Virus record (IMG/VR): IMGVR_UViG_2563366995_000002
From: a virus
Lineage: Duplodnaviria > Heunggongvirae > Uroviricota > Caudoviricetes
DNA: 33,423 bases
Direction: 5' to 3' (one strand)
The notes under the pieces are model-generated. The model made no database searches. It was not told the origin of the DNA and saw nothing but the letters and a program-made list of their open reading frames with translations. The position numbers and the translations under genes are program-made. This document shows, in pieces, positions 19,144 to 29,751 of this stretch; position 1 is the stretch's first letter; the number at the start of each line of letters is the position of its first letter.

Positions 19144-19282
19144 AAAAATGTCCGATAATTTTACTTTCTACCGCAGTTAGTTGATTCGTTGGTCCTGGTA
19201 GCACATTGGGCGAGGATTTAAATGCCAGGCAACTGAAGGATGATGTCGCAAGGGAGATAGCGAGAATATTTCTGATTTTCAT
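19031..19282 (-). CDS. small secreted protein (signal peptide), possibly the N-terminal part of a frameshifted gene
   Basis: Internal Met MKIRNILAISLATSSFSCLA is a typical Sec signal peptide. Confidence 0.4.
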   Translation of the reverse strand: MKIRNILAISLATSSFSCLAFKSSPNVLPGPTNQLTAVESKIIGHFYAPHSTLPGTTITGTCDASPVPGCTCPFCTMLRSQNR

Positions 19283-19399
19283 TTGATGATGCCTCTGTGT
19301 GAAATGACGGTAAACGACGCACTTGTGCCGGCACATAATAGCAAGCACCATAATAGATCAGATTCGATTCTTGCTGTAAGTGATAATTATTCTCGTTTT

Positions 19400-19618
19400 C
19401 GGGTCCTTTCCGTCGATCCAACAGGTTACGGGGCGGCGACCTCGCGGTTTTTCACTATTTATGAAAATTTTTCAGGGAAAATCGTGTCGGTACTTCTCGA
19501 ATATAACTTTTTGTTTTTTTTAATATTGCATCCGTAAAGGTCCGACATGAAAGTGTCCGAAAATGCCTTTTTCTGGCGTTTTCATGTCGGGCCTTGTATT
19601 TGATAATGGGTTGTTTTC
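19400..19618 (+). other. cos: cos region: cosN with 12-nt cohesive end GGGCGGCGACCT (about 19431..19442) and downstream cosB
   Basis: ACGGGGCGGCGACCTCGCGGTTTTTCACTATTTATGAAAATTTTT matches the lambda cos core from memory; lies immediately upstream of Nu1. Confidence 0.8.
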
Positions 19619-20167
19619 ATGAAGGTTAATAAAAAGAGGCTTGCCGAAATTTTCAACGTGGACCCGCGGACGATTGAACGCTGGCAGTCTCAGGGACTCC
19701 CTTGCGCCTCCAAAGGTAGTAAGGGCATTGAATCTGTATTTGATACTGCCATGGCAATTCAGTGGTATGCGCAGAGGGAAACTGATATCGAAAACGAAAA
19801 GCTCCGCAAAGAACTGGACGATTTGCGTGCGGCAGCGGAGTCAGATTTACAACCCGGCACCATTGACTATGAACGCTACCGGCTCACAAAAGCGCAGGCA
19901 GATGCGCAGGAACTGAAAAATGCCCGTGAAGACGGAGTAGTGCTGGAAACTGAACTGTTTACCTTCATTCTGCAACGTGTGGCACAGGAGATTTCGGGGA
20001 TACTTGTGCGTGTGCCGTTGACATTACAGCGTAAATATCCGGACATTTCACCATCACACCTTGATGTGGTGAAAACTGAAATCGCGAAAGCCTCCAATGT
20101 TGCAGCTAAGGCCGGTGAAAACGTGGGCGGGTGGATCGATGATTTCAGACGCGCAGAAGGCAGCTAA
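19619..20167 (+). CDS. nu1: terminase small subunit Nu1
   Basis: [28 protein letters not shown]..., winged-HTH N-terminus, homologous to lambda Nu1. Confidence 0.9.
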
Positions 20168-22067
20168 TGCAGCCGGTGCGATAGCTACAGGGCTTTTATC
20201 TCTCATTATTCCTGTTCCACTGACGACAGTTCAGTGGGCCAATAAACATTATTACCTTCCTAAAGAGTCGTCTTATACCCCGGGGCGATGGGAAACACTG
20301 CCGTTTCAGGTTGGCATCATGAACTGTATGGGCAACGATCTGATTCGCACGGTTAACCTGATTAAATCTGCCCGTGTTGGTTATACAAAGATGTTGCTGG
20401 GAGTGGAGGCTTATTTTATTGAGCATAAATCACGCAACAGCCTTCTTTTTCAGCCCACGGACTCAGCTGCTGAAGATTTTATGAAATCTCATGTTGAGCC
20501 AACGATAAGGGATGTTCCTGCATTGCTGGAGCTGGCTCCATGGTTCGGAAGAAAACACCGCGATAATACGCTCACCCTGAAGCGTTTTTCCTCCGGTGTG
20601 GGGTTCTGGTGTCTGGGTGGTGCGGCAGCAAAAAACTACCGTGAAAAATCCGTGGATGTGGTCTGTTATGACGAGCTTTCCTCGTTCGAACCGGATGTTG
20701 AAAAAGAGGGTTCGCCAACCCTGCTGGGGGATAAACGTATTGAGGGCTCTGTATGGCCAAAATCCATTCGCGGCTCGACGCCTAAAATCAAAGGCTCCTG
20801 CCAGATCGAAAAAGCCGCTAACGAGTCGGCACACTTCATGCGTTTTTATGTGCCCTGTCCGCACTGTGGGGAGGAGCAGTATCTGAAATTTGGCGATGAT
20901 GCCTCGCCTTTCGGTCTTAAGTGGGAGAAGAATAAGCCAGAAAGTGTTTTCTACCTTTGTGAGCATCATGGCTGTGTGATCCATCAGTCTGAGCTTGACC
21001 AGAGTAACGGGCGGTGGATCTGTGAAAACACGGGCATGTGGACCCGTGACGGCCTGATGTTTTTCAGCGCCCGGGGTGATGAAATTCCGCCGCCGCGCTC
21101 CATCACTTTCCATATCTGGACGGCGTACAGTCCGTTCACCACCTGGGTACAGATTGTCTATGACTGGCTGGATGCACTGAAAGATCCCAACGGCCTGAAA
21201 ACCTTTGTGAACACCACGCTGGGCGAGACCTGGGAAGAGGCTGTGGGCGAAAAACTCGATCACCAGGTGCTGATGGATAAGGTTGTGCGTTACACGGCGG
21301 CGGTGCCTGCCCGGGTGGTTTATCTGACGGCGGGCATTGACTCGCAGCGAAACCGTTTTGAGATGTATGTCTGGGGATGGGCTCCGGGAGAGGAAGCCTT
21401 TCTGGTGGATAAAATCATCATTATGGGGCGTCCCGATGAGGAAGAGACGCTGTTACGTGTGGATGCGGCGATCAACAAAAAATACCGCCATGCAGACGGA
21501 ACCGAAATGACCATTTCCCGTGTCTGCTGGGACATCGGGGGGATCGATGGCGAAATCGTTTATCAGAGGTCAAAAAAACACGGTGTTTTCCGGGTGCTGC
21601 CGGTAAAAGGCGCATCTGTCTATGGCAAGCCGGTGATCACCATGCCAAAAACCCGCAATCAGCGGGGCGTGTATCTGTGTGAAGTGGGGACGGACACCGC
21701 AAAAGAAATTCTCTATGCCCGTATGAAAGCCGATCCCACGCCTGTGGATGAAGCCACGTCGTATGCTATCCGTTTTCCTGATGATCCGGAGATTTTTTCG
21801 CAGACAGAGGCGCAGCAACTGGTCGCGGAAGAGCTTGTGGAGAAGTGGGAAAAAGGAAAGATGCGTCTGCTGTGGGATAACAAAAAGCGGCGTAACGAAG
21901 CGCTGGACTGCCTGGTGTATGCCTACGCGGCATTACGTGTGTCCGTGCAACGCTGGCAGCTTGATCTGGCTGTACTGGCAAAATCCCGGGAAGAAGAGAC
22001 GACCCGGCCAACCCTTAAAGAACTGGCAGCGAAGCTGTCCGGAGGAGTGAATGGTTACAGTCGCTGA
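20139..22067 (+). CDS. A: terminase large subunit A
   Basis: About 642 aa from internal Met; extensive similarity to lambda gpA ([38 protein letters not shown]). Confidence 0.9.
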
Positions 22068-22257
22068 ACTGCAGGCGCTGCGTCAGGCGCGCCTTGATTT
22101 ATTAACCGGTAAACGGGTGGTGTCTGTCCAGAAAGATGGTCGCAGAATTGAATATACGGCGGCTTCTCTGGATGAGCTTAACCGGGCGATCAATGATGCG
22201 GAGTCGGTACTGGGGACAACCCGGTGTCGCCGTCGTCCGCTGGGAGTGAGGTTATGA
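22051..22257 (+). CDS. W: head-tail joining protein W
   Basis: 68 aa with LTGKRVVSVQKDGRRIEYTAAS, homologous to lambda gpW. Confidence 0.85.
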   Translation: MVTVAELQALRQARLDLLTGKRVVSVQKDGRRIEYTAASLDELNRAINDAESVLGTTRCRRRPLGVRL

Positions 22258-23846
22258 AACGAACGCCTGTCCTGATTGATGTGAACGGCGTTCCGCTTCG
22301 TGAGAGTCTCAGCTACAACGGGGGCGGTGCAGGATTTGGCGGGCAAATGGCTGAGTGGTTGCCACCGGCGCAGAGTGCCGATGCGGCCCTGCTGCCCGCG
22401 TTGCGTCTGGGGAATGCCCGGGCAGATGATCTGGTGCGCAATAACGGAATAGCGGCTAATGCGGTGGCTCTGCATAAGGATCACATTGTCGGGCATATGT
22501 TTCTGATCAGCTACCGTCCGAACTGGCGCTGGCTGGGGATGCGGGAGACCGCAGCAAAAAGCTTTGTCGATGAGGTGGAGGCGGCCTGGTCGGAATACGC
22601 CGAAGGGATGTTTGGCGAGATCGACGTGGAAGGAAAACGCACGTTCACGGAATTTATCCGTGAAGGTGTGGGCGTTCATGCGTTTAACGGCGAAATCTTT
22701 GTGCAGCCGGTCTGGGATACGGAAACCACGCAGTTATTCCGTACGCGTTTTAAAGCCGTGAGTCCGAAACGGGTGGACACGCCTGGACACGGTATGGGGA
22801 ACCGTTTTCTGCGGGCCGGTGTGGAGGTCGATCGATATGGCCGTGCCGTCGCGTACCATATCTGTGAGGATGATTTTCCGTTCTCTGGTAGTGGACGATG
22901 GGAACGGATCCCGCGTGAACTTCCCACCGGGCGTCCGGCCATGCTGCATATTTTCGAGCCGGTGGAGGACGGGCAGACCCGTGGGGCTAATCAGTTTTAC
23001 AGCGTCATGGAACGGCTGAAGATGCTCGATTCCCTGCAGGCAACACAGCTTCAGTCGGCCATAGTGAAGGCGATGTATGCAGCGACGATTGAAAGTGAAC
23101 TTGATACCGAAAAGGCCTTTGAATATATCGCCGGCGCGCCACAGGAGCAGAAGGATAATCCGCTTATTAATATTCTGGAGAAGTTTTCCAGCTGGTATGA
23201 CACGAATAACGTGACACTGGGCGGTGTCAAAATTCCGCACCTTTTCCCTGGTGATGATCTGAAACTACAGACTGCGCAGGATTCAGACAATGGATTTTCT
23301 GCGCTTGAACAGGCGCTGCTGCGGTATATCGCCGCCGGTCTTGGCGTTTCCTACGAACAGTTGTCCCGTGATTACTCGAAGGTCAGTTACTCAAGTGCCC
23401 GCGCCTCCGCCAATGAGTCGTGGCGCTATTTTATGGGGCGGCGAAAATTTATTGCGGCCCGGCTGGCCACGCAGATGTTTTCCTGCTGGCTGGAAGAGGC
23501 ACTTCTTCGGGGGATTATTCGTCCGCCACGGGCACGTTTTGATTTTTATCAGGCGCGATCAGCCTGGTCACGGGCAGAGTGGATTGGTGCCGGAAGAATG
23601 GCCATTGACGGGCTCAAGGAAGTCCAGGAATCAGTGATGCGCATTGAGGCCGGACTGAGCACGTATGAGAAAGAGCTGGCGCTGATGGGCGAGGATTATC
23701 AGGACATTTTCCGCCAGCAGGTCAGGGAATCTGCTGAGCGGCAAAAAGCCGGACTCTCACGTCCGGTGTGGATAGAGCAGGCGTATCAGCAGCAGATAGC
23801 GGAGAGTCGCAGGCCGGAAGAGGAGACAACACCACGTGAGACGTAA
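22254..23846 (+). CDS. B: portal protein B
   Basis: Homology to lambda gpB across the protein (FGGQ, GNARADDLVRNNG, VFEPVEDGQTRGAN, GRMAIDGLKEVQE); ATGA overlap with W. Confidence 0.9.
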   Translation: MKRTPVLIDVNGVPLRESLSYNGGGAGFGGQMAEWLPPAQSADAALLPALRLGNARADDLVRNNGIAANAVALHKDHIVGHMFLISYRPNWRWLGMRETAAKSFVDEVEAAWSEYAEGMFGEIDVEGKRTFTEFIREGVGVHAFNGEIFVQPVWDTETTQLFRTRFKAVSPKRVDTPGHGMGNRFLRAGVEVDRYGRAVAYHICEDDFPFSGSGRWERIPRELPTGRPAMLHIFEPVEDGQTRGANQFYSVMERLKMLDSLQATQLQSAIVKAMYAATIESELDTEKAFEYIAGAPQEQKDNPLINILEKFSSWYDTNNVTLGGVKIPHLFPGDDLKLQTAQDSDNGFSALEQALLRYIAAGLGVSYEQLSRDYSKVSYSSARASANESWRYFMGRRKFIAARLATQMFSCWLEEALLRGIIRPPRARFDFYQARSAWSRAEWIGAGRMAIDGLKEVQESVMRIEAGLSTYEKELALMGEDYQDIFRQQVRESAERQKAGLSRPVWIEQAYQQQIAESRRPEEETTPRET

Positions 23847-25341
23847 TCTTTCACACATTATTGCCGCAGCATTCAATGAACCGCTGCTTCTGGAGCCCGC
23901 CTATGCGCGGGTTTTCTTTTGCGCGCTCGGGCGCGAGATGGGGGCAGCAAGTCTTTCGGTACCACAACAGCAGGTACAGTTTGATGCTCCCGGAATGCTG
24001 GCTGAAACGGACGAGTACATGGCCGGAGGTAAACGACCGGCCCGTGTTTACCGGGTGGTGAACGGTATTGCTGTACTGCCGGTGACCGGCACGCTGGTGC
24101 ACCGGCTGGGTGGTATGCGGCCATTTTCCGGAATGACAGGCTATGACGGCATTGTCGCCTGTCTTCAGCAGGCAATGGCGGATAGCCAGGTGCGGGGCGT
24201 ACTGCTGGACATTGACAGTCCGGGCGGGCAGGCCGCCGGCGCGTTTGACTGCGCTGACATGATTTACCGCCTCCGTCAGCAGAAGCCGGTCTGGGCACTG
24301 TGCAATGACACGGCCTGTTCTGCAGCCATGCTGCTGGCGTCGGCCTGCTCCCGACGGCTGGTTACCCAGACATCCCGTATCGGCTCCATTGGCGTGATGA
24401 TGAGCCATGTCAGCTATGCCGGTCATCTGGCGCAGGCCGGTGTGGATATCACGCTGATTTACTCAGGGGCGCACAAGGTGGATGGCAATCAGTTTGAAGC
24501 GTTGCCGGCAGAGGTTCGCCAGGACATGCAGCAGCGGATTGATGCGGCGCGCCGGATGTTTGCCGAAAAAGTGGCGATGTATACCGGTCTGTCTGTTGAT
24601 GCCGTCACGGGAACAGAGGCTGCCGTTTTTGAAGGTCAGTCCGGCATTGAGGCCGGGCTGGCGGATGAATTAATCAATGCGTCGGATGCCATCAGTGTGA
24701 TGGCCACGGCGCTGAACAGTAATGTCAGAGGAGGCACTATGCCGCAATTAACTGCAACGGAAGCCGCCGCGCAGGAGAACCAGCGAGTGATGGGGATCCT
24801 GACATGCCAGGAAGCGAAAGGACGTGAACAGCTTGCCACGATGCTGGCAGGACAACAGGGCATGAGCGTTGAACAGGCCCGGGCGATTCTGGCCGCGGCG
24901 GCACCGCAGCAGCCGGTGGCATCCACGCAGAGTGAAGCCGATCGCATTATGGTGTGTGAAGAAGCGAACGGTCGTGAACAACTGGCGGCAACGCTGGCGG
25001 CGATGCCGGAGATGACGGTGGAAAAAGCCCGCCCGATCCTGGCTGCTTCACCGCAGGCGGATGCCGGACCATCACTCCGTGATCAGATCATGGCACTGGA
25101 TGAGGCAAAAGGGGCTGAGGCGCAGGCTGAACAGCTGGCTGCCTGCCCGGGAATGACAGTGGAGAGCGCCCGGGCTGTGCTGGCTGCGGGATCAGGTAAG
25201 GCAGAACCGGTCTCTGCATCCACAACCGCCATGTTTGAACATTTCATGGCGAACCATTCACCGGCAGCGGTACAGGGTGGCGTGGCACAGACGTCAGCAG
25301 ACGGTGATGCGGACGTGAAAATGCTCATGGCCATGCCATGA
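23836..25341 (+). CDS. C: head maturation protease C (S49 / ClpP-like) with C-terminal scaffold (Nu3-like) repeats
   Basis: Homology to lambda gpC N-terminal protease region (NEPLLLEPAYARVFFCAL, VWALCND, GSIGVMM); C-terminal part has three tandem ~45-aa repeats. Confidence 0.85.
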   Translation: MRRNLSHIIAAAFNEPLLLEPAYARVFFCALGREMGAASLSVPQQQVQFDAPGMLAETDEYMAGGKRPARVYRVVNGIAVLPVTGTLVHRLGGMRPFSGMTGYDGIVACLQQAMADSQVRGVLLDIDSPGGQAAGAFDCADMIYRLRQQKPVWALCNDTACSAAMLLASACSRRLVTQTSRIGSIGVMMSHVSYAGHLAQAGVDITLIYSGAHKVDGNQFEALPAEVRQDMQQRIDAARRMFAEKVAMYTGLSVDAVTGTEAAVFEGQSGIEAGLADELINASDAISVMATALNSNVRGGTMPQLTATEAAAQENQRVMGILTCQEAKGREQLATMLAGQQGMSVEQARAILAAAAPQQPVASTQSEADRIMVCEEANGREQLAATLAAMPEMTVEKARPILAASPQADAGPSLRDQIMALDEAKGAEAQAEQLAACPGMTVESARAVLAAGSGKAEPVSASTTAMFEHFMANHSPAAVQGGVAQTSADGDADVKMLMAMP

Positions 25342-25377
25342 AGTCAGTGCTGACCATCAATAGGAGGTTTTTACAAT

Positions 25378-25725
25378 ATGGTGACGAAAACCATCACTGA
25401 ACAGCGTGCGGAAGTACGTATTTTTGCCGGTAATGATCCGGCTCATACCGCCACAGGCAGCAGCGGGATTTCCTCGCCAACACCGGCACTGACGCCCCTG
25501 ATGCTGGATGAAGCCACCGGGAAACTGGTGGTCTGGGACGGACAGAAAGCCGGTAGTGCGGTTGGCATACTGGTACTGCCGCTTGAAGGCACAGAGACGG
25601 CGCTGACGTATTACAAGTCGGGAACCTTTGCGACGGAGGCAATCCACTGGCCTGAAAGTGTGGATGAACACAAAAAGGCCAACGCCTTTGCTGGCAGTGC
25701 CCTGAGTCACGCGGCGCTGCCGTAA
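25378..25725 (+). CDS. D: head decoration protein D
   Basis: DPAHTATG ... TPLMLD ... AVGIL ... YKSGTF ... AFAGSA pattern matches lambda gpD. Confidence 0.9.
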   Translation: MVTKTITEQRAEVRIFAGNDPAHTATGSSGISSPTPALTPLMLDEATGKLVVWDGQKAGSAVGILVLPLEGTETALTYYKSGTFATEAIHWPESVDEHKKANAFAGSALSHAALP

Positions 25726-25782
25726 CACGTTATCAGGCCACCGCGGTGGCCTGACTGATTTCTGAATGAAAGGAACTGATTT

Positions 25783-26811
25783 ATGGGATTGTTTACGACC
25801 CGCCAGTTACTCGGTTATACCGAACAAAAAGTTAAATTTCGTGCGCTGTTTCTGGAGCTGTTTTTCCGCCGTACGGTGAATTTCCATACCGAAGAGGTGA
25901 TGCTGGACAAAATTACCGGAAAAACGCCGGTGGCGGCCTATGTCTCCCCGGTTGTTGAAGGAAAAGTGCTGCGTCATCGTGGTGGTGAAACCCGCGTGTT
26001 GCGTCCGGGCTACGTCAAGCCGAAACACGAATTTAATTACCAGCAGGCGGTTGAGCGCCTTCCTGGTGAAGATCCATCTCAACTGAATGATCCGGCTTAC
26101 CGCCGTCTGCGTATCATTACCGATAACCTCAAACAGGAAGAGCACGCGATTGTCCAGGTGGAAGAAATGCAGGCGGTAAATGCTGTGTTGTATGGCAAAT
26201 ACACCATGGAAGGAGACCAGTTCGAGAAAATTGAGGTCGATTTTGGCAGGTCGACGAAGAATAACATCACTCAGGGTAGTGGTAAGGAGTGGTCAAAACA
26301 GGATCGTGACACGTTCGATCCTACACATGATATTGACCTCTACTGCGACCTGGCCAGCGGTCTTGTGAATATTGCCATTATGGACGGTACCGTCTGGCGT
26401 CTTCTGAATGGTTTTAAGCTGTTCCGCGAAAAACTGGATACCCGTCGCGGTTCAAATTCTCAACTCGAAACGGCAGTGAAAGATCTGGGCGCAGTGGTGT
26501 CCTTCAAGGGGTATTACGGCGATCTGGCCATTGTGGTGGCGAAAACGTCTTATATAGCAGAAGACGGTACCGAAAAACGTTATCTTCCAGATGGCATGCT
26601 GGTTCTGGGGAATACTGCTGCAGATGGGATCCGTTGTTACGGTGCCATTCAGGATGCTCAGGCGTTGTCCGAAGGTGTGGTGGCCTCTTCCCGTTATCCG
26701 AAACACTGGCTGACGGTAGGGGATCCCGCCCGTGAATTTACCATGACGCAGTCCGCGCCGCTGATGGTGTTGCCGGACCCGGATGAGTTTGTGGTGGTAC
26801 AGGTGAAATAA
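25783..26811 (+). CDS. E: major capsid protein E
   Basis: 342 aa homologous to lambda gpE (PGYVKPKHE, RGSNSxLETAVKDLG, GDPAREFTMxQSAPLM). Confidence 0.95.
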   Translation: MGLFTTRQLLGYTEQKVKFRALFLELFFRRTVNFHTEEVMLDKITGKTPVAAYVSPVVEGKVLRHRGGETRVLRPGYVKPKHEFNYQQAVERLPGEDPSQLNDPAYRRLRIITDNLKQEEHAIVQVEEMQAVNAVLYGKYTMEGDQFEKIEVDFGRSTKNNITQGSGKEWSKQDRDTFDPTHDIDLYCDLASGLVNIAIMDGTVWRLLNGFKLFREKLDTRRGSNSQLETAVKDLGAVVSFKGYYGDLAIVVAKTSYIAEDGTEKRYLPDGMLVLGNTAADGIRCYGAIQDAQALSEGVVASSRYPKHWLTVGDPAREFTMTQSAPLMVLPDPDEFVVVQVK

Positions 26812-26862
26812 TCCGTGAGCGGGGGCGAAATGCCCCCGTGTCTTTTTTCACAGGGGGCTGAT

Positions 26863-27237
26863 ATGGCAACGAAAGAGCAAAATCTGAAACGGCTTGATGA
26901 ACTGGCCCTGATTCTGGGGCGTGAGCCGGATATATCCGGGAGTGCCGCAGAGATAGCGCAGCGGGTGGCAGAATGGGAAGAGGAAATGCAGTCATCCGGC
27001 GATGATGTACAGGTTATGAATATGGATATCCGGGAGCGGGAAACCGCGGCTCATGATGTTCGTGAGGAAACATCCGGCGCGTTAACGCGCATCAGAGTTC
27101 TGACCTGCCTCCATCTCTGTGGCGTTGATGGTGAAACGGGGGAATCCGTTGAGCTTGCGGATGTTGGTCGGGTGATTCTGATTATGTCCTCAGATGCAAA
27201 AACACACGTTGATGGTGGAATGGCTGTTTATGCGTGA
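26863..27237 (+). CDS. FI: DNA packaging protein FI-like
   Basis: Position between E and FII; about 124 aa; weak resemblance to lambda FI, assignment by synteny. Confidence 0.65.
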   Translation: MATKEQNLKRLDELALILGREPDISGSAAEIAQRVAEWEEEMQSSGDDVQVMNMDIRERETAAHDVREETSGALTRIRVLTCLHLCGVDGETGESVELADVGRVILIMSSDAKTHVDGGMAVYA

Positions 27238-27583
27238 TTTTCAGAATGCCTTTGATGCCGCCCTTGCCGGGGTGGACAGTACGATTGTTGAAGTGATGGG
27301 CATCAGTGCGCAGTTCACCTCCGGTGCACAGCGTGGCGGCGAGGTTCATGGCGTTTTTGACGATCCGGAGTCGCTGGGTTTTGCCAGTAGTGGGATCCGT
27401 ATTGAAGGAAGTAACCCGTCATTATTTGTGCTTACGGATACGGTTTGTGCTGTACGGCGTGGTGACACGCTGACCATTAACGGCGAGATGTTCTGGGTGG
27501 ACCGTGTTTCTCCGGATGACGGAGGGAGTTGTTATCTCTGGCTCAACCGGGGGCAACCACCTGCCGCCAGCCGTCGCCGCTGA
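27230..27583 (+). CDS. FII: head-tail connector FII
   Basis: GVFDDPE ... FWVDRVSPDDGGSC ... RRR matches lambda gpFII. Confidence 0.85.
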   Translation: MRDFQNAFDAALAGVDSTIVEVMGISAQFTSGAQRGGEVHGVFDDPESLGFASSGIRIEGSNPSLFVLTDTVCAVRRGDTLTINGEMFWVDRVSPDDGGSCYLWLNRGQPPAASRRR

Positions 27584-27594
27584 AAGGGGGATGT

Positions 27595-28173
27595 ATGGCC
27601 ATAAAAGGTCTTGAGCAGGCCGTTGAAAACCTCAGCCGTATCAGCAAAACGGCAGTGCCTGGTGCCGCCGCAATGGCCATTAACCGCGTTGCTTCATCCG
27701 CGATATCGCAGTCGGCGTCACTGGTTGCCCGTGAGACAAAGGTACGCCGGAAACTGGTAAAGGAAAGGGCCAGGCTGAAAAGGGCCACGGTCAAAAATCC
27801 GCAGGCCAGAATCAAAGTTAACCGGGGGGATTTGCCCGTAATCAGGCTGGGTAACGCGCGGGTTGTCCTGTCCCGACGCAGGCGTCGTAAAAAGGGGCAG
27901 CGTTCATCCCTGAAAGGTGGCGGCAGCGTGCTTGTGGTGGGAAACCGTCGTATTCCCGGCGCGTTTATTCAGCAACTGAAAAATGGCCGGTGGCATGTCA
28001 TGCAGCGTGTGGCCGGGAAAAACCGTTACCCCATTGATGTGGTGAAAATCCCGATGGCGGTGCCGCTGACCACGGCGTTTAAACAGAATATTGAGCGGAT
28101 ACGGCGTGAGCGTCTTCCGAAAGAGCTGGGCTATGCGCTGCAGCATCAACTGAGAATGGTAATAAAGCGATGA
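27595..28173 (+). CDS. Z: minor tail protein Z
   Basis: MAIKGLEQAVENLSRISKTAVPGAAAMAINRVA..., matches lambda gpZ. Confidence 0.9.
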   Translation: MAIKGLEQAVENLSRISKTAVPGAAAMAINRVASSAISQSASLVARETKVRRKLVKERARLKRATVKNPQARIKVNRGDLPVIRLGNARVVLSRRRRRKKGQRSSLKGGGSVLVVGNRRIPGAFIQQLKNGRWHVMQRVAGKNRYPIDVVKIPMAVPLTTAFKQNIERIRRERLPKELGYALQHQLRMVIKR

Positions 28174-28565
28174 AACATACTGAACTCCGTGCAGCCGTAC
28201 TGGATGCACTGGAGAAGCATGACACCGGGGCGACGCTTTTTGATGGTCGCCCTGCTGTTTTTGATGAGGAAGATTTTCCGGCAATTGCCGTTTATCTCAC
28301 CGGCGCTGAATACACGGGCGAAGAGCTGGACAGCGATACCTGGCAGGCGGAGCTGCATATTGAAGTTTTCCTGCCTGCTCAGGTGCCGGATTCAGAGCTG
28401 GATTCGTGGATGGAGTCCCGGATTTATCCGGTGATGAGCGATATCCCGGCACTGTCAGATTTGATCACCAGTATGGTGGCCAGTGGCTATGACTACCGGC
28501 GCGACGATGATGCGGGCCTGTGGAGTTCAGCCGATCTGACTTATGTCATTACCTATGAAATGTGA
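28170..28565 (+). CDS. U: tail terminator protein U
   Basis: 131 aa matching lambda gpU. Confidence 0.9.
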   Translation: MKHTELRAAVLDALEKHDTGATLFDGRPAVFDEEDFPAIAVYLTGAEYTGEELDSDTWQAELHIEVFLPAQVPDSELDSWMESRIYPVMSDIPALSDLITSMVASGYDYRRDDDAGLWSSADLTYVITYEM

Positions 28566-28572
28566 GGACGAT

Positions 28573-29313
28573 ATGCCAACACCAAATCCTCTGGCACCGG
28601 TGAAAGGGGCCGGGACCACACTGTGGGTTTATAACGGGAGCGGCGACCCTTATGCAAACCCGCTTTCAGACAATGACTGGTCGCGTCTGGCAAAAATTAA
28701 AGACCTGACGCCCGGCGAACTGACCGCTGAGTCCTATGACGACAGTTATCTCGATGATGAAGATGCGGACTGGACCGCGACCGGGCAGGGGCAGAAATCC
28801 GCCGGAGATACCAGCTTCACGCTGGCGTGGATGCCCGGAGAGCAGGGGCAGCAGGCGCTGCTGGCGTGGTTTAATGAAGGTGATACCCGTGCCTATAAAA
28901 TCCGCTTCCCGAACGGCACGGTCGATGTGTTCCGTGGCTGGGTCAGCAGTATCGGTAAGGCGGTGACGGCGAAGGAAGTGATCACCCGTACGGTGAAGGT
29001 CACCAATGTGGGCCGTCCGTCAATGGCAGAAGATCGCAGTACGGTGACGGCGGCAACCGGTATGACCGTGACGCCTGCCAGCTCCTCGGTGGTGAAAGGG
29101 CAGAGCACCACGCTGACCGTGGCCTTCCAGCCGGAGGGCGCAACTGACAAGAGCTTCCGTGCGGTGTCAGCGGATAAAACAAAAGCCACCGTGTCGGTCA
29201 GTGGTATGACCATCACCGTGAACGGCGTTGCTGCAGGCAAGGTCAACATTCCGGTTGTATCCGGTAATGGTGAACTTGCTGCGGTTGCAGAAATCACTGT
29301 CACCGACAGTTAA
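28573..29313 (+). CDS. V: major tail protein V
   Basis: 246 aa matching lambda gpV, including C-terminal Ig-like domain. Confidence 0.95.
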   Translation: MPTPNPLAPVKGAGTTLWVYNGSGDPYANPLSDNDWSRLAKIKDLTPGELTAESYDDSYLDDEDADWTATGQGQKSAGDTSFTLAWMPGEQGQQALLAWFNEGDTRAYKIRFPNGTVDVFRGWVSSIGKAVTAKEVITRTVKVTNVGRPSMAEDRSTVTAATGMTVTPASSSVVKGQSTTLTVAFQPEGATDKSFRAVSADKTKATVSVSGMTITVNGVAAGKVNIPVVSGNGELAAVAEITVTDS

Positions 29314-29328
29314 TCCGGAGAGTCAGCG

Positions 29329-29751
29329 ATGTTCCTGAAAACCGAATCATTTGAACATAACGGCGTGACCGTCACGCTTTCTGAACTGTCAGCCCTGCAG
29401 CGTATTGAGCATCTCGCCCTGATGAAACAGCAGGCAGAACAGGCGGAGTCAGACAGCAACCGGCAGGTTACTGTGGAAGACGCCATCAGAACCGGTGCTT
29501 TTGTGGTGGCGATGTCCCTGTGGCATAACCATCCGCAGAAGACAAAGCAGCCTTCCATGAATGAAGCCGTTAAACAGATTGAGCAGGAAGTGCTTACCAC
29601 CTGGCCCGCGGAGGCAATTTCTCATGCTGAAAACGTGGTGTACCGGCTGTCCGGTATGTATGGGTTTGTGGTGAATGATGCCCCTGACCAGGCAGAGGAC
29701 TCCGGGCCTGCAGAGCCTGTTTCTGCGGGAAAGTGTTCGACGGTGAGCTGA
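29329..29751 (+). CDS. G: tail assembly chaperone G
   Basis: 140 aa matching lambda gpG. Confidence 0.9.
   Translation: MFLKTESFEHNGVTVTLSELSALQRIEHLALMKQQAEQAESDSNRQVTVEDAIRTGAFVVAMSLWHNHPQKTKQPSMNEAVKQIEQEVLTTWPAEAISHAENVVYRLSGMYGFVVNDAPDQAEDSGPAEPVSAGKCSTVS

Noticed and set aside
20463-21263. 266-aa minus-strand ORF inside the terminase A gene
   Set aside because: Antisense to a strongly supported gene and rich in Arg/Pro/Gly as expected for the reverse frame of GC-rich coding DNA.
22083-23240. Minus-strand ORFs of 198, 88 and 168 aa inside W and the portal gene
   Set aside because: Antisense shadow ORFs within conserved structural genes.
23851-25334. Multiple minus-strand ORFs inside the C protease/scaffold gene
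   Set aside because: Antisense shadow ORFs in GC-rich, repeat-containing coding sequence.
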